64,000 bases of DNA from Macrostomum lignano. Lineage: Eukaryota. Positions 12,179 to 24,636 of this stretch are shown here, one piece after another. A program made the position numbers and the translations under genes. A model generated the notes under the pieces. It had not been told where the DNA came from. It made no database searches and was given only the letters and a program-made list of their open reading frames with translations. Within the stretch, counting starts at the first letter, position 1, and each line of letters starts with the position of its first letter. The stretch spans positions 1 through 64,000 of the forward strand of contig NIVC01003827.1 in the NCBI GenBank assembly GCA_002269645.1, given 5' to 3'.

Positions 12179-13357
12179 ATGGCAAGCTCGGCTGCTGACG
12201 TCAACAACTGCACGGAGCACTCGGTACTCGGCTCCCCGGGCGCGGCGCAGGCCTCCCTCATCTTCTACGCCTGCCTCGGCTTCATCGGGGTCGTTGGCAA
12301 CGCGCACGTCATGCTGGTGTTCCGGTCAAGCCGGGAGCGCAGCCTCCGCTTCCTTGTGCTGTTTCTGAGCTGCCTGGACCTGGGCATCTCGGGCCTCATC
12401 CTGCCCCTGGACTGCTACCGGGTGTACTCGGAGTTCGCCACGAGGGGCCGCCTACCCTGGCACTTCCTGGGCACCGTGATTCTCTCCTCAAGACAGGCGG
12501 CCTTCGAGCTGGAAGGCTGCGTGCTGGTGCTGATCGCCGTGGACCGCTTCCTGTGCGTGGTGAAGGCGCGGCAGGAAGGCCTCTCCTACAGGCGCACCGC
12601 GGCCGCCCTGCTCGCCAGCGCCGCCGCCGTGGTTGCCTTGGAAACCAGCATCGTGGTCACGCACTACGTCATCGAGGACGACTGCGAGTTGAAGACAAAA
12701 CTGGAGACCTCCCTGCTGGTGTTCTACGGCGCCCTGGGCACGTGCTCGATCGCGCTGGTGGCCGGCCTGTACGCCAGGATCCTCTCCTTCGTGGCCGCCA
12801 TGGAGCGGCGCAGGTCTCACCGTCGGAAGCGCGCGCGCCAGACTCTGAGCAGCCTGACCATGCAGCCACGCGGCCGGCCGCGGGCCACCCTCGGCAGCAG
12901 CACCGGGGCGGCGCCGTCGCAGTCGCCGGCGAACGCGGCCACGCCGATTGCCGAGACGGCGGAGGCAGCCGCGCTGGCCGAGGAGGCGCCCTTGAACAAC
13001 GGGCATGAGCCGCCGCGCTGCCCGCTGGTGCAGTTCAGCCTCGATGTCCAGCCGACGGCGGCGGAGGGCAACGCCGGCGACGACTCGGATGCTCCGGTCG
13101 GGTGTGCAGAGCCGCGCGGGCCGTCCCCGGTGGCCTGGTTCCCGCTGCGCCTCGCCCTGATGTTGTTCGGCGCCTCCGTGCTGTTCTACCTCAGCCTCCT
13201 GCCGGGCATCCTCATCAACTTCAGCATCATCAGCGACTCGCCGCTGCACCGCCTCTACTACCTGAACTCCTCCCTGAACTTTGCCGTGTACGCGCTGTTC
13301 AACCCCAAATTCAGGTCCGACCTGCGCGGCCTGTACTTGAAACGGTGCGGGCTGTGA
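12179..13357 (+). CDS. Intronless orphan class A (rhodopsin-like) GPCR, 392 aa
   Basis: Seven hydrophobic segments; GN in TM1, L-x-x-x-D (LSCLD) in TM2, DRF at the end of TM3, P in TM6, NFAVY plus helix-8 FR after TM7; GC3-rich codons. Confidence 0.88.
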   Translation: MASSAADVNNCTEHSVLGSPGAAQASLIFYACLGFIGVVGNAHVMLVFRSSRERSLRFLVLFLSCLDLGISGLILPLDCYRVYSEFATRGRLPWHFLGTVILSSRQAAFELEGCVLVLIAVDRFLCVVKARQEGLSYRRTAAALLASAAAVVALETSIVVTHYVIEDDCELKTKLETSLLVFYGALGTCSIALVAGLYARILSFVAAMERRRSHRRKRARQTLSSLTMQPRGRPRATLGSSTGAAPSQSPANAATPIAETAEAAALAEEAPLNNGHEPPRCPLVQFSLDVQPTAAEGNAGDDSDAPVGCAEPRGPSPVAWFPLRLALMLFGASVLFYLSLLPGILINFSIISDSPLHRLYYLNSSLNFAVYALFNPKFRSDLRGLYLKRCGL

Positions 13358-13565
13358 CTGGCTGGGACCACGGATCTCTGATAGCCTGGCTGGGATCACG
13401 GATCTCTGATGGCCTGGCTGGGATCACGGATATCTGATAGCCTGGCTGGGATCACGGATCTCTGATGGCCTGGCTGGGATCACGGATCTCTGATAGCCTG
13501 GCTGGGATCTCAGATCTCTGATAGCCTGGCTGGGATCTCAGATCTCTGATAGCCTTGCTGGGATC
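13358..13565. repeat. 28-bp minisatellite (CTGGCTGGGATCACGGATCTCTGATAGC), about 7 copies
   Basis: Begins on the base after the GPCR stop codon. Confidence 0.9.
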
Positions 13566-14152
13566 ACAAATCAAAGATCACAAACGGACTGAGATATCAC
13601 AAACGCAACAGACCTATTTTCATAACTAAAAATGTTGTTTTTAATATGAGCACCATTGAACTCACTCTCAATTCTTCATCCCTGTCACCGCCCTAGATGC
13701 AGCGAAAGTCCTTCGGTTTTGTCACCATCAACACCCCCTTGACCTAATTTTTTTATTGACTTTTCAAGCCGAAAATTGCTAGTCGAGTACACAGGAACAC
13801 CAGTGCTTGAACCGTGAGTCTGCGGCTGTATTGTCTTCATCATTCGCCATATGTGAATTTCCTACTGAGTAATCGCTAATTACTATATGTCCAAATGATG
13901 GAGTGAGACACCTGAGCCCGTGTCCATCCCGCCCAACATCTCAGATTCCCAAAGCAGTTTTCCATACAGGTTTCATCATTCAACTCAAAACAGGCCCCAG
14001 GAAATGTGCAGTCGCTCACCTGGGCGGGGCCGCACTTTCCTGTTGTCCAATTTGCAAACACGTGACTTCATTGCGACTCCCTTCTGCGTCCCTCACTCTG
14101 AATGTAGAATAACTCTGCACTTCCCCATATGGGCAACTTCTGACTCGATTAT

Positions 14153-14625
14153 ATGACACTGTATGTCACTCAGATTGGCGGTGTATGTCACTCAGATTGG
14201 CGGTGTATGTCACTCAGATTGGCGGTGTATGTCACTCAGATTGGCGGTGTATGTCACTCAGATTGGCACTGCGTATGTCACTCAGATTGGCACTGTGTAT
14301 GTCACTCAGATTGTCTGTCACTCAGACTGTATGTCACTCAGACTGTATGTCACTCAGACTGTATGTCACTCAGACTGTATGTCACTCAGACTGTATGTCA
14401 CTCAGACTGTATGTCACTCAGATTGTATGCCACTCAGACTGTATGTCGCTCAGACTGTATGTCACTCAAACTGTATGTCACTCAGACTGTATGTCACTCA
14501 GACTGTATGTCGCTCAGACTGTATGTCACTCAGACTGTATGTCACTCAGACTGTATGTCACTCAGACTGTATGTCGCTCAGACTGTATGTCACTCAGACT
14601 GTATGTCACTCAGACTGTATGTCGC
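14153..14625. repeat. Compound minisatellite: 22-bp units changing to 16-bp units (core TGTATGTCACTCAGA)
   Basis: TGTATGTCACTCAGATTGGCGG units give way to CTGTATGTCACTCAGA units near 14310. Confidence 0.92.
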
Positions 14626-14974
14626 TCCAATGTCCCGTTCATCGACCGACTACACCCCAGTCAGGCTTCCCTCGTTATTGCTTCTTTAAACAAGCGGCTG
14701 AAACAAAAATTTGGATGAAATTTCCCCAAGAATCGCTGTCCAGGAGTCACAAAAATGTGAGCCCAAATCGAAAAATTTCTGCGCACTTTGTGCTCAGAAA
14801 GCTCGCTGTAGCATTGCAGCGGGATGGCTGACCGGGAGCCGAGCTTGACAGCAGCGGAGGCTGAACTCGAAAATAAAATTTCACTGAGCAGAGAGTGATT
14901 AAACTTGTTGTGCATTTGATGATGAGCGCTGCTGGAGGCTGGAAATGCTTTCCGCAATGCTTACAGATTTGAGA

Positions 14975-17900
14975 GTCCTTGTTATCCATTTGGGTGTCCC
15001 TGTGATCCAGATGGGTGTCCCTGTGATCCATTTGGGTGTCCCTGTGATCCAGATGGGTGTCCCTGTGATCCATTTGGGTGTCCCTGTGATCAATTTGGGT
15101 GTCCCTGTGATCCATTTGGGTGTCCCTGTGATCCATTTGGGTGTCCCTGTTATCCATTTGGGTGTCCCTGTGATCCAGATGGGTGTCCCTGTGATCCATT
15201 TGGGTGTCCCTGTGATCCATTTGGGTGTCCCTGTGATCCATTTGGGTGTCCCTGTGATCCAGATGGGTGTCCCTGTGATCCGGATGGGTGTCCCTGTGAT
15301 CCATTTGGGTGTCCCTGTGATCCAGATGGGTGTCCCTGTGATCCAGATGGGTGTCCCTGTGATCCGGATGGGTGTCCCTGTGATCCAGATGGGTGTCCCT
15401 GTGATCCAGATGGGTGTCCCTGTGATCCATTTGGGTGTCCGTGTGATCGATTTGGGTGTCCCTGTGATCCATTTGGGTGTCCCTGTGATCCAGATGGGTG
15501 TCCCTGTGATCCATTTGGGTGTCCCTGTGATCCAGATGGGTGTCCCTGTGATCCATTTGGGTGTCCCTGTGATCCATTTGGGTGTCCCTGTGATCCATTT
15601 GGGTGTCCCTGTGATCCATTTGGGTGTCCCTGTGATCCATTTGGGTGACCCTGTGATCCAGATGGGTGTCCCTGTGATCCAGATGGGTGTCCTTGTGATC
15701 CGGAAGGGTGTCCCTGTGATCCATTTGGGTGTCCCTGTGATCCATTTGGGTGTCCCTATGATCCATTTGGGTGTCCCTGTGATCCATTTGGGCGTCCCTG
15801 TGATCCATTTGGGTGTCCCTGTGATCCATTTGGGTGTCCGTGTGATCCAGATGGGTGTCCCTGTGATCCATTTGGGTGTCCCTGAGATCCGGATGACTTT
15901 GTGATCCATTTGGGTGTCCCTGTGATTCGGATGACCCTGTGATCCAGATGGGTGTCCCTGTGATCCATTTGGGTGTCCCTGTGATCCATTTGGGTGTCCC
16001 TGTCATCCATTTGGGTGTCCCTGTGATCCAGATGGGTGTCCCTGTGATCCGGATGGGTGTCCCTGTGATCCAAATGGGTGTCCCTGTGATCCAGATGGGT
16101 GTCCCTGTGATCCAGATGGGTGTCCCTGTGATCCAGATGGGTGTCCCTGTGATCCATTTGGGTGCCCCTGTGATCCAGATGGGTGTCCCTGTGATCCATT
16201 TGGGTGTCCCTGTGATTCATTTGGGTGTCCCTGTGATCCAGATGGGTGTCCCTGTGATCCAGATGGGTGTCCCTGTGATCCATTTGGGTGTCCGTGTGAT
16301 CCGGATGGGTGTCCCTGTGATCCAGATGGGTGTCCCTGTGATCCGGATGGGTGTCCCTGTGATCCAGATGGGTGTCCCTGTGATCCAGATGGGTGTCCCT
16401 GTGATCCAGATGGGTGTCCCTGTGATCCAGATGCGTGTCCCTGTGATCCATTTGGGTGTCCCTGTGATCCAGATGGGTGTCCCTGTGATCCATTTGGGTG
16501 TCCCTGTGATTCGGATGGGTGTCCCTGTGATCCATTTGGGTGTCCCTGTGATCCAGATGGGTGTCCCTGTGATCCATTTGGGTGTCCCTGTGATCCAGAT
16601 GGGTGTCCCTGTGATCCATTTGGGTGTCCCTGTGATCCATTTGGGTGTCCCTGTGATCCATTTGGGTGTCCCTGTGATCCATTTGGGTGTCCCTGTGATC
16701 CATTTGGGTGACCCTGTGATCCAGATGGGTGTCCCTGTGATCCAGATGGGTGTCCTTGTGATCCGGAAGGGTGTCCCTGTGATCCATTTGGGTGTCCCTG
16801 TGATCCATTTGGGTGTCCCTGTGATCCATTTGGGTGTCCCTGTGATTCATTTGGGTGTCCCTGTGATCCAGATGGGTGTCCCTGTGATCCAGATGGGTGT
16901 CCCTGTGATCCATTTGGGTGTCCCTGTGATCCATTTGGGTGTCCCTGTGATCCAGATGGGTGTCCCTGTGATCCATTTGGGTGTCCCTGTGATCCATTTG
17001 GGTGTCCCTGTGATCCATTTGGGTGTCCCTGTGATCCAGATGGGTGTCCCTGTGATCCAGATGGGTGTCCCTGTGATCCAGATGGGTGTCCCTGTGATCC
17101 ATTTGGGTGTCCGTGTGATCCGAATGGGTGTCCCTTTGATCCGGATGTCCCTGTGATCCAGATGGGTGTCCCTGTGATCCATTTGGGTGTCCCTGTGATC
17201 CAGATGGGTGTCCCTGTGATCCATTTGGGTGTCCTTGCGACCTATTTGGGTGTCCCTGTGATCCAGATGGGTGTCCCTGTAATCCATTTGGGTGTCCCTG
17301 TGATCCAGATGGGTGTCCCTGTAATCCATTTGGGTGTCCCTGTGATCCAGATGGGTGTCCCTATAATCCATTTGGGTGTCCCTGTGATCCGTTTGGGAGT
17401 CCGTGTGATCCGGATGGGTGTCCCTTTGATCCGGATGTCCCTGTGATCCAGATGGTCGTCCCTGTGATCCATTTGGGTGTCCCTGTGATCCGGATGAGTG
17501 TCCCTGTGATCCGGATGGGTGTCCCTGTGATCCAGATGGGTGTCCGTGTGATCCAGATGGGTGTCCCTGTGATCCAGATGGGTGTCCCTGTGATCCATTT
17601 GGGTGTCCCTGTGATCCAGATGGTCGTCCCTGTGATTCATTTGGGTGTCCCTGTGATCCAGATGGTCGTCCCTGTGATCCATTTGGGTGTCCCTGTGATC
17701 CATTTGGGTGTCCTTGCGACCTATTTGGGTGTCCCTGTGATCCATTTGGGTGTCCCTGTGATCCAGATGGGTGTCCCTGTGATCCATTTGGGTGTCCCTG
17801 TGATCCATTTGGGTGTCCCTGTGATCCATTTGGGTGTCCCTGTGATCCAGATGGGTGTCCCTGTGATCCGGATGTCCCTGTGATCCAGATGGTCGTCCCT

Positions 17901-18395
17901 GTGATTCATTTGGGTGTCCCTGTGATCCAGATGGGTGTCCCTGTGATTCATTTGGGTGTCCCTGTGATCCATTTGGGTGTCCTTGCGACCTATTTGGGTG
18001 TCCCTGTGATCCATTTGGGTGTCCCTGTGATCCATTTGGGTGTCCCTGTGATCCTTTGGGTGTCCGTGTGATCCAGATGGGTGTCCCTGTGATCCATTTG
18101 GGTGTCCCTGTGATCCGGATGGGTGTCCCTGTGATCCGGATGACCCTGTGATCCAGATGGGTGTCCCTGTGATCCGGATGGGTGTCCCTGTGATCCAGAT
18201 GGGTGTCCCTGTGATCCATTTGGGTGTCCGTGTGATCCGGATGGGTGTCCCTGTGATCCGGATGACCCTGTGATCCAGATGGGTGTCCCTGTGATCCGGA
18301 TGGGTGTCCCTGTGATCCAGATGGGTGTCCCTGTGATCCGGATGGGTGTCCCTGTGATCCAGATGGGTGTCCCTGTGATCCGGATGGGTGTCCCT
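14975..18395. repeat. 21-bp minisatellite (GGGTGTCCCTGTGATCCA-TTT/GAT), about 160 copies
   Basis: Direct reading; two main variants interleaved; internal block duplication. Confidence 0.96.
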
Positions 18396-18894
18396 TGCAA
18401 AATTTCGAGTACTGAGAACTTAGCTTGCTCAGCTGAGGCCCCGAACTGCTTCTGTCTGCATTGGCAAAAATAAATTACTATTTTTAGGCTAGAAAAATTA
18501 AGAACAAAACTTTTGTAGGGCAAGCTCGGCTTTGAGAGCTCTGCTACCCAAGCAGACTGCAGGTGATAAGATATGGTTTTATTGCCACCTGATGCCTGGG
18601 TGGCTTGCACTCTGAATACTTTATTAAACTCGTTAGTCTGTGCAAAGTGGAACTGGGTAGTTTATAAAGTGGTTATCTCTGAAAAGTACTTTTATGATTT
18701 TTAACTTTATTTGAATAGAATCTGGAATTTTGAAGCTGGACTACTGATAGTAATATATTTCTCTAATCGATCACATAGATAGAGACCTACCTACCTTCCG
18801 ACAAACCATTTTTAGTATGTTACGAGCGTAGATTAGTATTGGTAGATATGCTCGTAACAGTCTCCATGCGATACAGTGAGAAGAAAAATAGATA

Positions 18895-20163
18895 AGATGT
18901 GATAGATGCGGCTCTGCAATTTGATAGATAAGGCTCTACAATGTGATAGATAAGGCTCTGCAATGTGATAGATGCGGCTCTGCAATTTGATAGATAAGGC
19001 TCTGCAATGTGATAGATAAGGCTCTGCAATGTGATAGATGCGGCTCTGCAATTTGATAGATAAGGCTCTACAATGTGATGGATGCGGCTCTGCAATTTGA
19101 TAGATAAGGCTCTACAATGTGATAGATAAGGCTCTGCAATGTGATAGATGCGGCTCTGCAATTTGATAGATAAGGCTCTACAATGTGATAGATAAGGCTC
19201 TGCAATGTGATAGATGCGGCTCTGCAATTTGATAGATAAGGCTCTGCAATGTGATAGATAAGGCTCTGCAATGTGATAGATGCGGCCCTGCAATGTGATA
19301 GATAAGGCTCTGCAATGTGATAGATAAGGCTCTGCAATGTGATAGATGCGGCTCTGCAATTTGATAGATAAGGCTCTGCAATGTGATGGATGCGGCTCTG
19401 CAATTTGATAGATAAGGCTCTACAATGTGATAGATAAGGCTCTGCAATGTGATAGATAAGGCTCTGCAATGTGATAGATAAGGCTCTGCAATGTGATAGA
19501 TGCGGCTCTGCAATTTGATAGATAAGGCTCTGCAATGTGATAGATAAGGCTCTGCAATGTGATAGATGCGGCTCTGCAATTTGATAGATAAGGCTCTGCA
19601 ATGTGATAGATAAGGCTCTGCAATGTGATAGATGCGGCCCTGCAATGTGATAGATAAGGCTCTGCAATGTGATAGATAAGGCTCTGCAATGTGATAGATG
19701 CGGCTCTGTAATGTGATAGATAAGGCTCTGCAATGTAATAGATAAGGCTCTGCAATGTGATAGATAAGGCTCTGCAATGTGATAGATAAGGCTCTGCAAT
19801 GTGATAGATAAGGCTCTGCAATGTGATAGATAAGGCTCTGCAATGTGATAGATAAGGCTCTGCAATGTGATAGATAAGGCTCTGCAATGTGATAGATAAG
19901 GCTCTGCAATGTGATAGATAAGGCTCTGCAATGTGATAGATAAGGCTCTGCAATGTGATAGATAAGGCTCTGCAATGTGATAGATAAGGCTCTGCAATGT
20001 GATAGATAAGGCTCTGCAATGTGATAGATAAGGCTCTGCAATGTGATAGATAAGGCTCTGCAATGTGATAGATAAGGCTCTGCAATGTGATAGATAAGGC
20101 TCTGCAATGTGATAGATAAGGCTCTGCAATGTGATAGATAAGGCTCTGCAATGTGATAGATAG
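18895..20163. repeat. 22-bp minisatellite (GATAAGGCTCTGCAATGTGATA / GATGCGGCTCTGCAATTTGATA), about 57 copies
   Basis: Direct reading; core shared with the FReD intron arrays. Confidence 0.95.
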
Positions 20164-20470
20164 GGGCGGCGCTCTGTTAATAATTCAAAATTCAGTTAGA
20201 CGAAAAAAAGTTGCTTTCAAGAAAAAACCCAATGGTTCCCAGCGGTGACAATTTGTCTGGATTGCAACATATTGCCGTAAATGGGATGAGCTTGCCAACT
20301 TGCCAGAAATTGTCCTAAGCTTTACTTTGGCGGAAACATTATTTAAAAAAAATTAATCGAGTTATCAATTTGTGTTACTTGAGCTCATATTGCTCTGTCC
20401 AATCTAAACAAAATCTGATTTCACTTCTCAACCAAGGCATCCACGATTCTTAAAAATTGAATTGGTTCCG

Positions 20471-22665
20471 TCACGGCGAAATGCTGACCATGAGTTTGAG
20501 CTCCTTCATCGGAACATCGCCTGTCGGGAGTTTCCAAAACATGTTCTGCCTGTGGTGGATGTACACATTCGAGTAGATGCCTGTTGGGTTCGGCTTCATG
20601 CAACCGTTATACCACCAGCCACCGCCGCCTCTCACGCGGGAGCAATGCGCACTTGACACAACATCATTTTCAGCATCTAAAGTGGAGAACTGCATTCCTG
20701 AGTGGTAAATCATCGCATCGTGATTGACGCTGCAGCGGTCGCTGAGAAACGGAGCCACCGTCAGAGTGTAGTTGGTGAGCTGGCTCTGCACCATGAAGTT
20801 CGGGTGCTCGCAGAAGTAGCTGACATTGTCCCAGGAGGTCATCTCCACCCTCAGCTTCTCGGATCCGCTTGCGGTGAGAGCGTGGAGGGACCGGAGGCCT
20901 GGAGAGGTCAGGGTGACTTGTCCAGTACATCACTCATGACTCTCCATCACCAGCTCTGCTCATGACTCACCCATCACCAGCTCTGCTCATGACTCACCCA
21001 TCACCAGCTCTGCTTATGACTCACCCATCACCAGCTCTGCTCATGACTCACCCATCACCAGCTCTGCTCATGACTCACCCATCGCCAGCTCTGCTCATGA
21101 CTCAGCCATCACCAGCTCTGCTCATGACTCACCCATCACCAGCTCTGCTCATGACTCGACCATCACCAGCTCTGCTCATGACTCATCCATCACCAGCTCT
21201 GCTCATGACTCACCCATCACCAGCTCTGCTCATGACTCATCCATCGCCAGCTCTGCTCATGACTCACCCATCGCCAGCTCTGCTCATGACTCAGCCATCA
21301 CCAGCTCTGCTCATGACTCACCCATCACCAGCTCTGCTCATGACTCATCCATCACCAGCTCTGCTCATGACTCAGCCATCACCAGCTCTGCTCATGACTC
21401 ATCCATCACCAGCTCTGCTCATGACTCACCCATCACCAGCTCTGCTCATGACTCATCCATCGCCAGCTCTGCTCATGACTCACCCATCGCCAGCTCTGCT
21501 CATGACTCACCCATCCACCAATTCTCCGAGTTGCCGAAGCCGCTCTCGTACTCAGCCCACGTCCGGTTGAACAGAACCGAGTTGCTGACGCGCTGCATGA
21601 ACACGCAGTAGCGACTGTCCTCAACGACGGCCTGCTTTGGACAGGGCTCTGAAATGGGGTGGGTGCGGCTCTGCAATGGGGTGGGTTCGGCTCTGAAATG
21701 GGGTGGGTGCGGCTCTGCAATGGGGTGGGTGCGGCTCAGCAATGGGGTGGGTGCGGCTCTGCAATGGGGTGGGTGCGGCTCTGCAATGGGGTGGGTGCGG
21801 CTCTGCAATGGGGTGGGTTCGGCTCTGCAATGGGGTGGGTGCGGCTCTGCAATGGGGTGGGTGCGGCTCTGCAATGGGGTGGGTGCGGCTCTGCAATGGG
21901 GTGGGTGCGGCTCTGCAATGGGGTGGGTGCGGCTCTGCAATGGGGTGGGTTCGGCTCTGAAATGGGGTGGGTGCGGCTCTGCAATGGGGTGGGTGCGGCT
22001 CTGCAATGGGGTGGGTGCGGCTCTGCAATGGGGTGGGTGCGGCTCTGCAATGGGGTGGGTTCGGCTCTGCAATGGGGTGGGTGCGGCTCTGCAATGGGGT
22101 GGGTGCGGCTCTGCAATGGGGTGGGTGCGGCTCTGCAATGGGGTGGGTGCAGCTCTGCCCTTTGGTTGTCTCAGTGTTACAGTCCAGTGATCTCATCGAA
22201 AATCAACCTGAGCTTCACCTGTCGAGTAGCAGGTGTCGGTGAGCTCATCGAAGGAGCTGCGAGTCTCCGAGGTCTCAGAGCCCCAGCAGTCGATCGGCCT
22301 GTCGGCCATGCAGCATCTCTGATGCAGCTGGTGGAAGTCGAACCACCTGCAGGTTTTCCACGCGGTGCACAAGGTCGCGCACTCGATGAAGCTGCGAGCG
22401 GCCACCTGAGACGATGAGGCAGCTGCCGGTGTCTCAGGAGTCGTAGCACCTTGCCGCTTCATCTTGAAGCTGCAGGTGTCTGCAAGTTTAGATTCAGGTT
22501 ATCTGCTGTGCATGAAGCGCCACTGCGGGCTGCCAAGAGCAATGAACAAATGAGTGAAATGAACAACTCACAGGCAGTCGCGTGAGTTCCTAACTGCAGA
22601 AGCAGTGCGGCTGTCTCGATCATCAAGAAGACACGCGAATTTGTGCTCAGTTCGATGTGTGCCAT
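20471..22665 (-). CDS. Secreted PAN/apple-like + fibrinogen C-terminal domain protein, copy L; exons 22572-22665, 22219-22479, 21511-21648, 20471-20898
   Basis: GT-AG introns with compatible phases (1,1,1). Hydrophobic leader; Cys pattern ECATLC...C.WF.F...C; FReD motifs FNRTWAEYESGFG, WWMGL, LRVEM, GMQFSTLD.END, HC...GGGGWWY..C..NPTG. Confidence 0.85.
20935..21510. repeat. 27-bp intronic minisatellite containing the splice donor (sense unit GTGAGTCATGAGCAGAGCTGGTGATGG), about 21 copies
   Basis: Fills most of intron 3 of FReD copy L; only about 4 copies in copy R (25805-25935). Confidence 0.92.
21650..22150. repeat. 22-bp intronic minisatellite (sense unit CCCCATTGCAGAGCCGCACCCA), about 23 copies
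   Basis: Intron 2 of FReD copy L; abuts the acceptor; inverted counterpart at 25150-25666. Confidence 0.93.
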
Positions 22666-23440
22666 GATGGAAATTTTTAGCAGGCTGCCACAAGCTGTCT
22701 GCTTACCCTGTTGTGAAAGCAGACATGATTTATAGAGCCCGCTTGCGTGTCTCTTGTGTGATGCGACAGCCTCTCAAACCTCCCGCCAATGGCAGCAGCC
22801 GGACCGTGAATTGCTGAGAGGTTGCTGCTATGAAGAAACTGTGAGAAATGAGCAGGGATGCTGCAAATCTTGCAGGACTTCACAAGGGCGCTGCCACCCC
22901 CAAGGCAAGACAAAATTAACGAGCATTTTCCCTAACAAGCTAACTAGCTTGAAACTCAACAATGTGGAAAACCGCTTGAATGCTGCAAACTCCCAGATGC
23001 CATGAGGCAGCAGTCGAAGGGAAACTGCCGACTCTGCGTGGGCTGTGTCTGCAACCGAAGTACTTTTATGAAACCTTTGTCACTTTTGAGTCACCATATG
23101 CCACTGTTTATTGACTAATGCTGCTTCCATTCGCTTTGGCGGCTGAGCGGCAGGTGAATATTCATAAAAACTATAATAAATAATAGTATCCGTTAGAAAC
23201 CATAGAAACCATAACAACCATAACACCAATTACCATAGTAACCATAGCAACCATCAAGTCCTGAGAACAAGTAGCGTGGAATTTCATGGGAAGCAAGTAC
23301 ATGTACCTCGCAAGTTCGAGCCCCACTTTTTGGCCCACATTTAAAGAATTTCGCCAGCTTCCTGTAAGCAAAGTTTACTGTTAGCTTGATTGCTACTTGA
23401 TTAAATAATATCTGAAGAATTTCGTCAGATTAATTTTTAC

Positions 23441-24144
23441 CAGAGGCGCCAGCACCAGAGGCGCCAGCACCAGAGGCGCCAGCACCAGAGGCGCCAGCAC
23501 CAGAGGCGCCAGCACCAGAGGCGCCAGCACCAGAGGCGCCAGCACCAGAGGCGCCAGCACCAGAGGCGCCAGCACCAGAGGCGCCAGCACCAGAGGCGCC
23601 AGCACCAGAGGCGCCAGCACCAGAGGCGCCAGCACCAGAGGCGCCAGCACCAGAGGCGCCAGCACCAGAGGCGCCAGCACCAGAGGCGCCAGCACCAGAG
23701 GCGCCAGCACCAGAGGCGCCAGCACCAGAGGCGCCAGCACCAGAGGCGCCAGCACCAGAGGCGCCAGCACCAGAGGCGCCAGCACCAGAGGCGCCAGCAC
23801 CAGAGGCGCCAGCACCAGAGGCGCCAGCACCAGAGGCGCCAGCACCAGAGGCGCCAGCACCAGAGGCGCCAGCACCAGAGGCGCCAGCACCAGAGGCGCC
23901 AGCACCAGAGGCGCCAGCACCAGAGGCGCCAGCACCAGAGGCGCCAGCACCAGAGGCGCCAGCACCAGAGGCGCCAGCACCAGAGGCGCCAGCACCAGAG
24001 GCGCCAGCACCAGAGGCGCCAGCACCAGAGGCGCCAGCACCAGAGGCGCCAGCACCAGAGGCGCCAGCACCAGAGGCGCCAGCACCAGAGGCGCCAGCAC
24101 CAGAGGCGCCAGCACCAGAGGCGCCAGCACCAGAGGCGCCAGCA
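23441..24144. repeat. Perfect 15-bp array (CAGAGGCGCCAGCAC), about 47 copies
   Basis: No variant units seen; lies in the spacer between the two FReD genes. Confidence 0.96.
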
Positions 24145-24636
24145 GACAGATCAAGTAAAGATTCAATGAGACAAAGTCATCCTTAGTTGCCGTGACAAGG
24201 TAAATAATTCCCGTTGAAGAGAAACGGATTTTCGTGGGCTCAGAGTTTACTCTTCAATCTTGATTGTTCTGAGCAAACTGCCAGGGAGCGGAAAGCAGCG
24301 CCGCCCAGTGTCGAGCACTCAGTCAGCGTTGAGAAGCACCGGAAGAGCTGATCGGCACAGGGCGCATTCCAGTGAACAAACACTGCGTTTCACATCAACT
24401 TTTTCGAATTCACATCTTCCAGACTCTTCCCGGCAGACAGAGGCAGCTTTCCCTGCTCATGCAATCTTCAAAATCAAGTTTGCTTCTGAATGCCGGAAGG
24501 AGAACACGGATGGAGAAGGATCGATAAATGTATTCGTTCTGCTCGCACCTCAAGCTTGCATAAAAGCGATCCAAGAGACCAGAGTTCCCGCTTAGCGATT
24601 CGGTTTGAAAAACTCTGAACAGCATTTGAACCGCGC

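Noticed and set aside
12488-13399. 303-aa antisense ORF over the GPCR, and similar shadow ORFs over stonin
   Set aside because: Expected by-product of GC3-rich coding sequence on the other strand.
23441-24144. CTCF-site array
   Set aside because: CACCAGAGGCGC lacks one base relative to the CCAGRKGGCR core, and the presence of CTCF in this organism is unknown.
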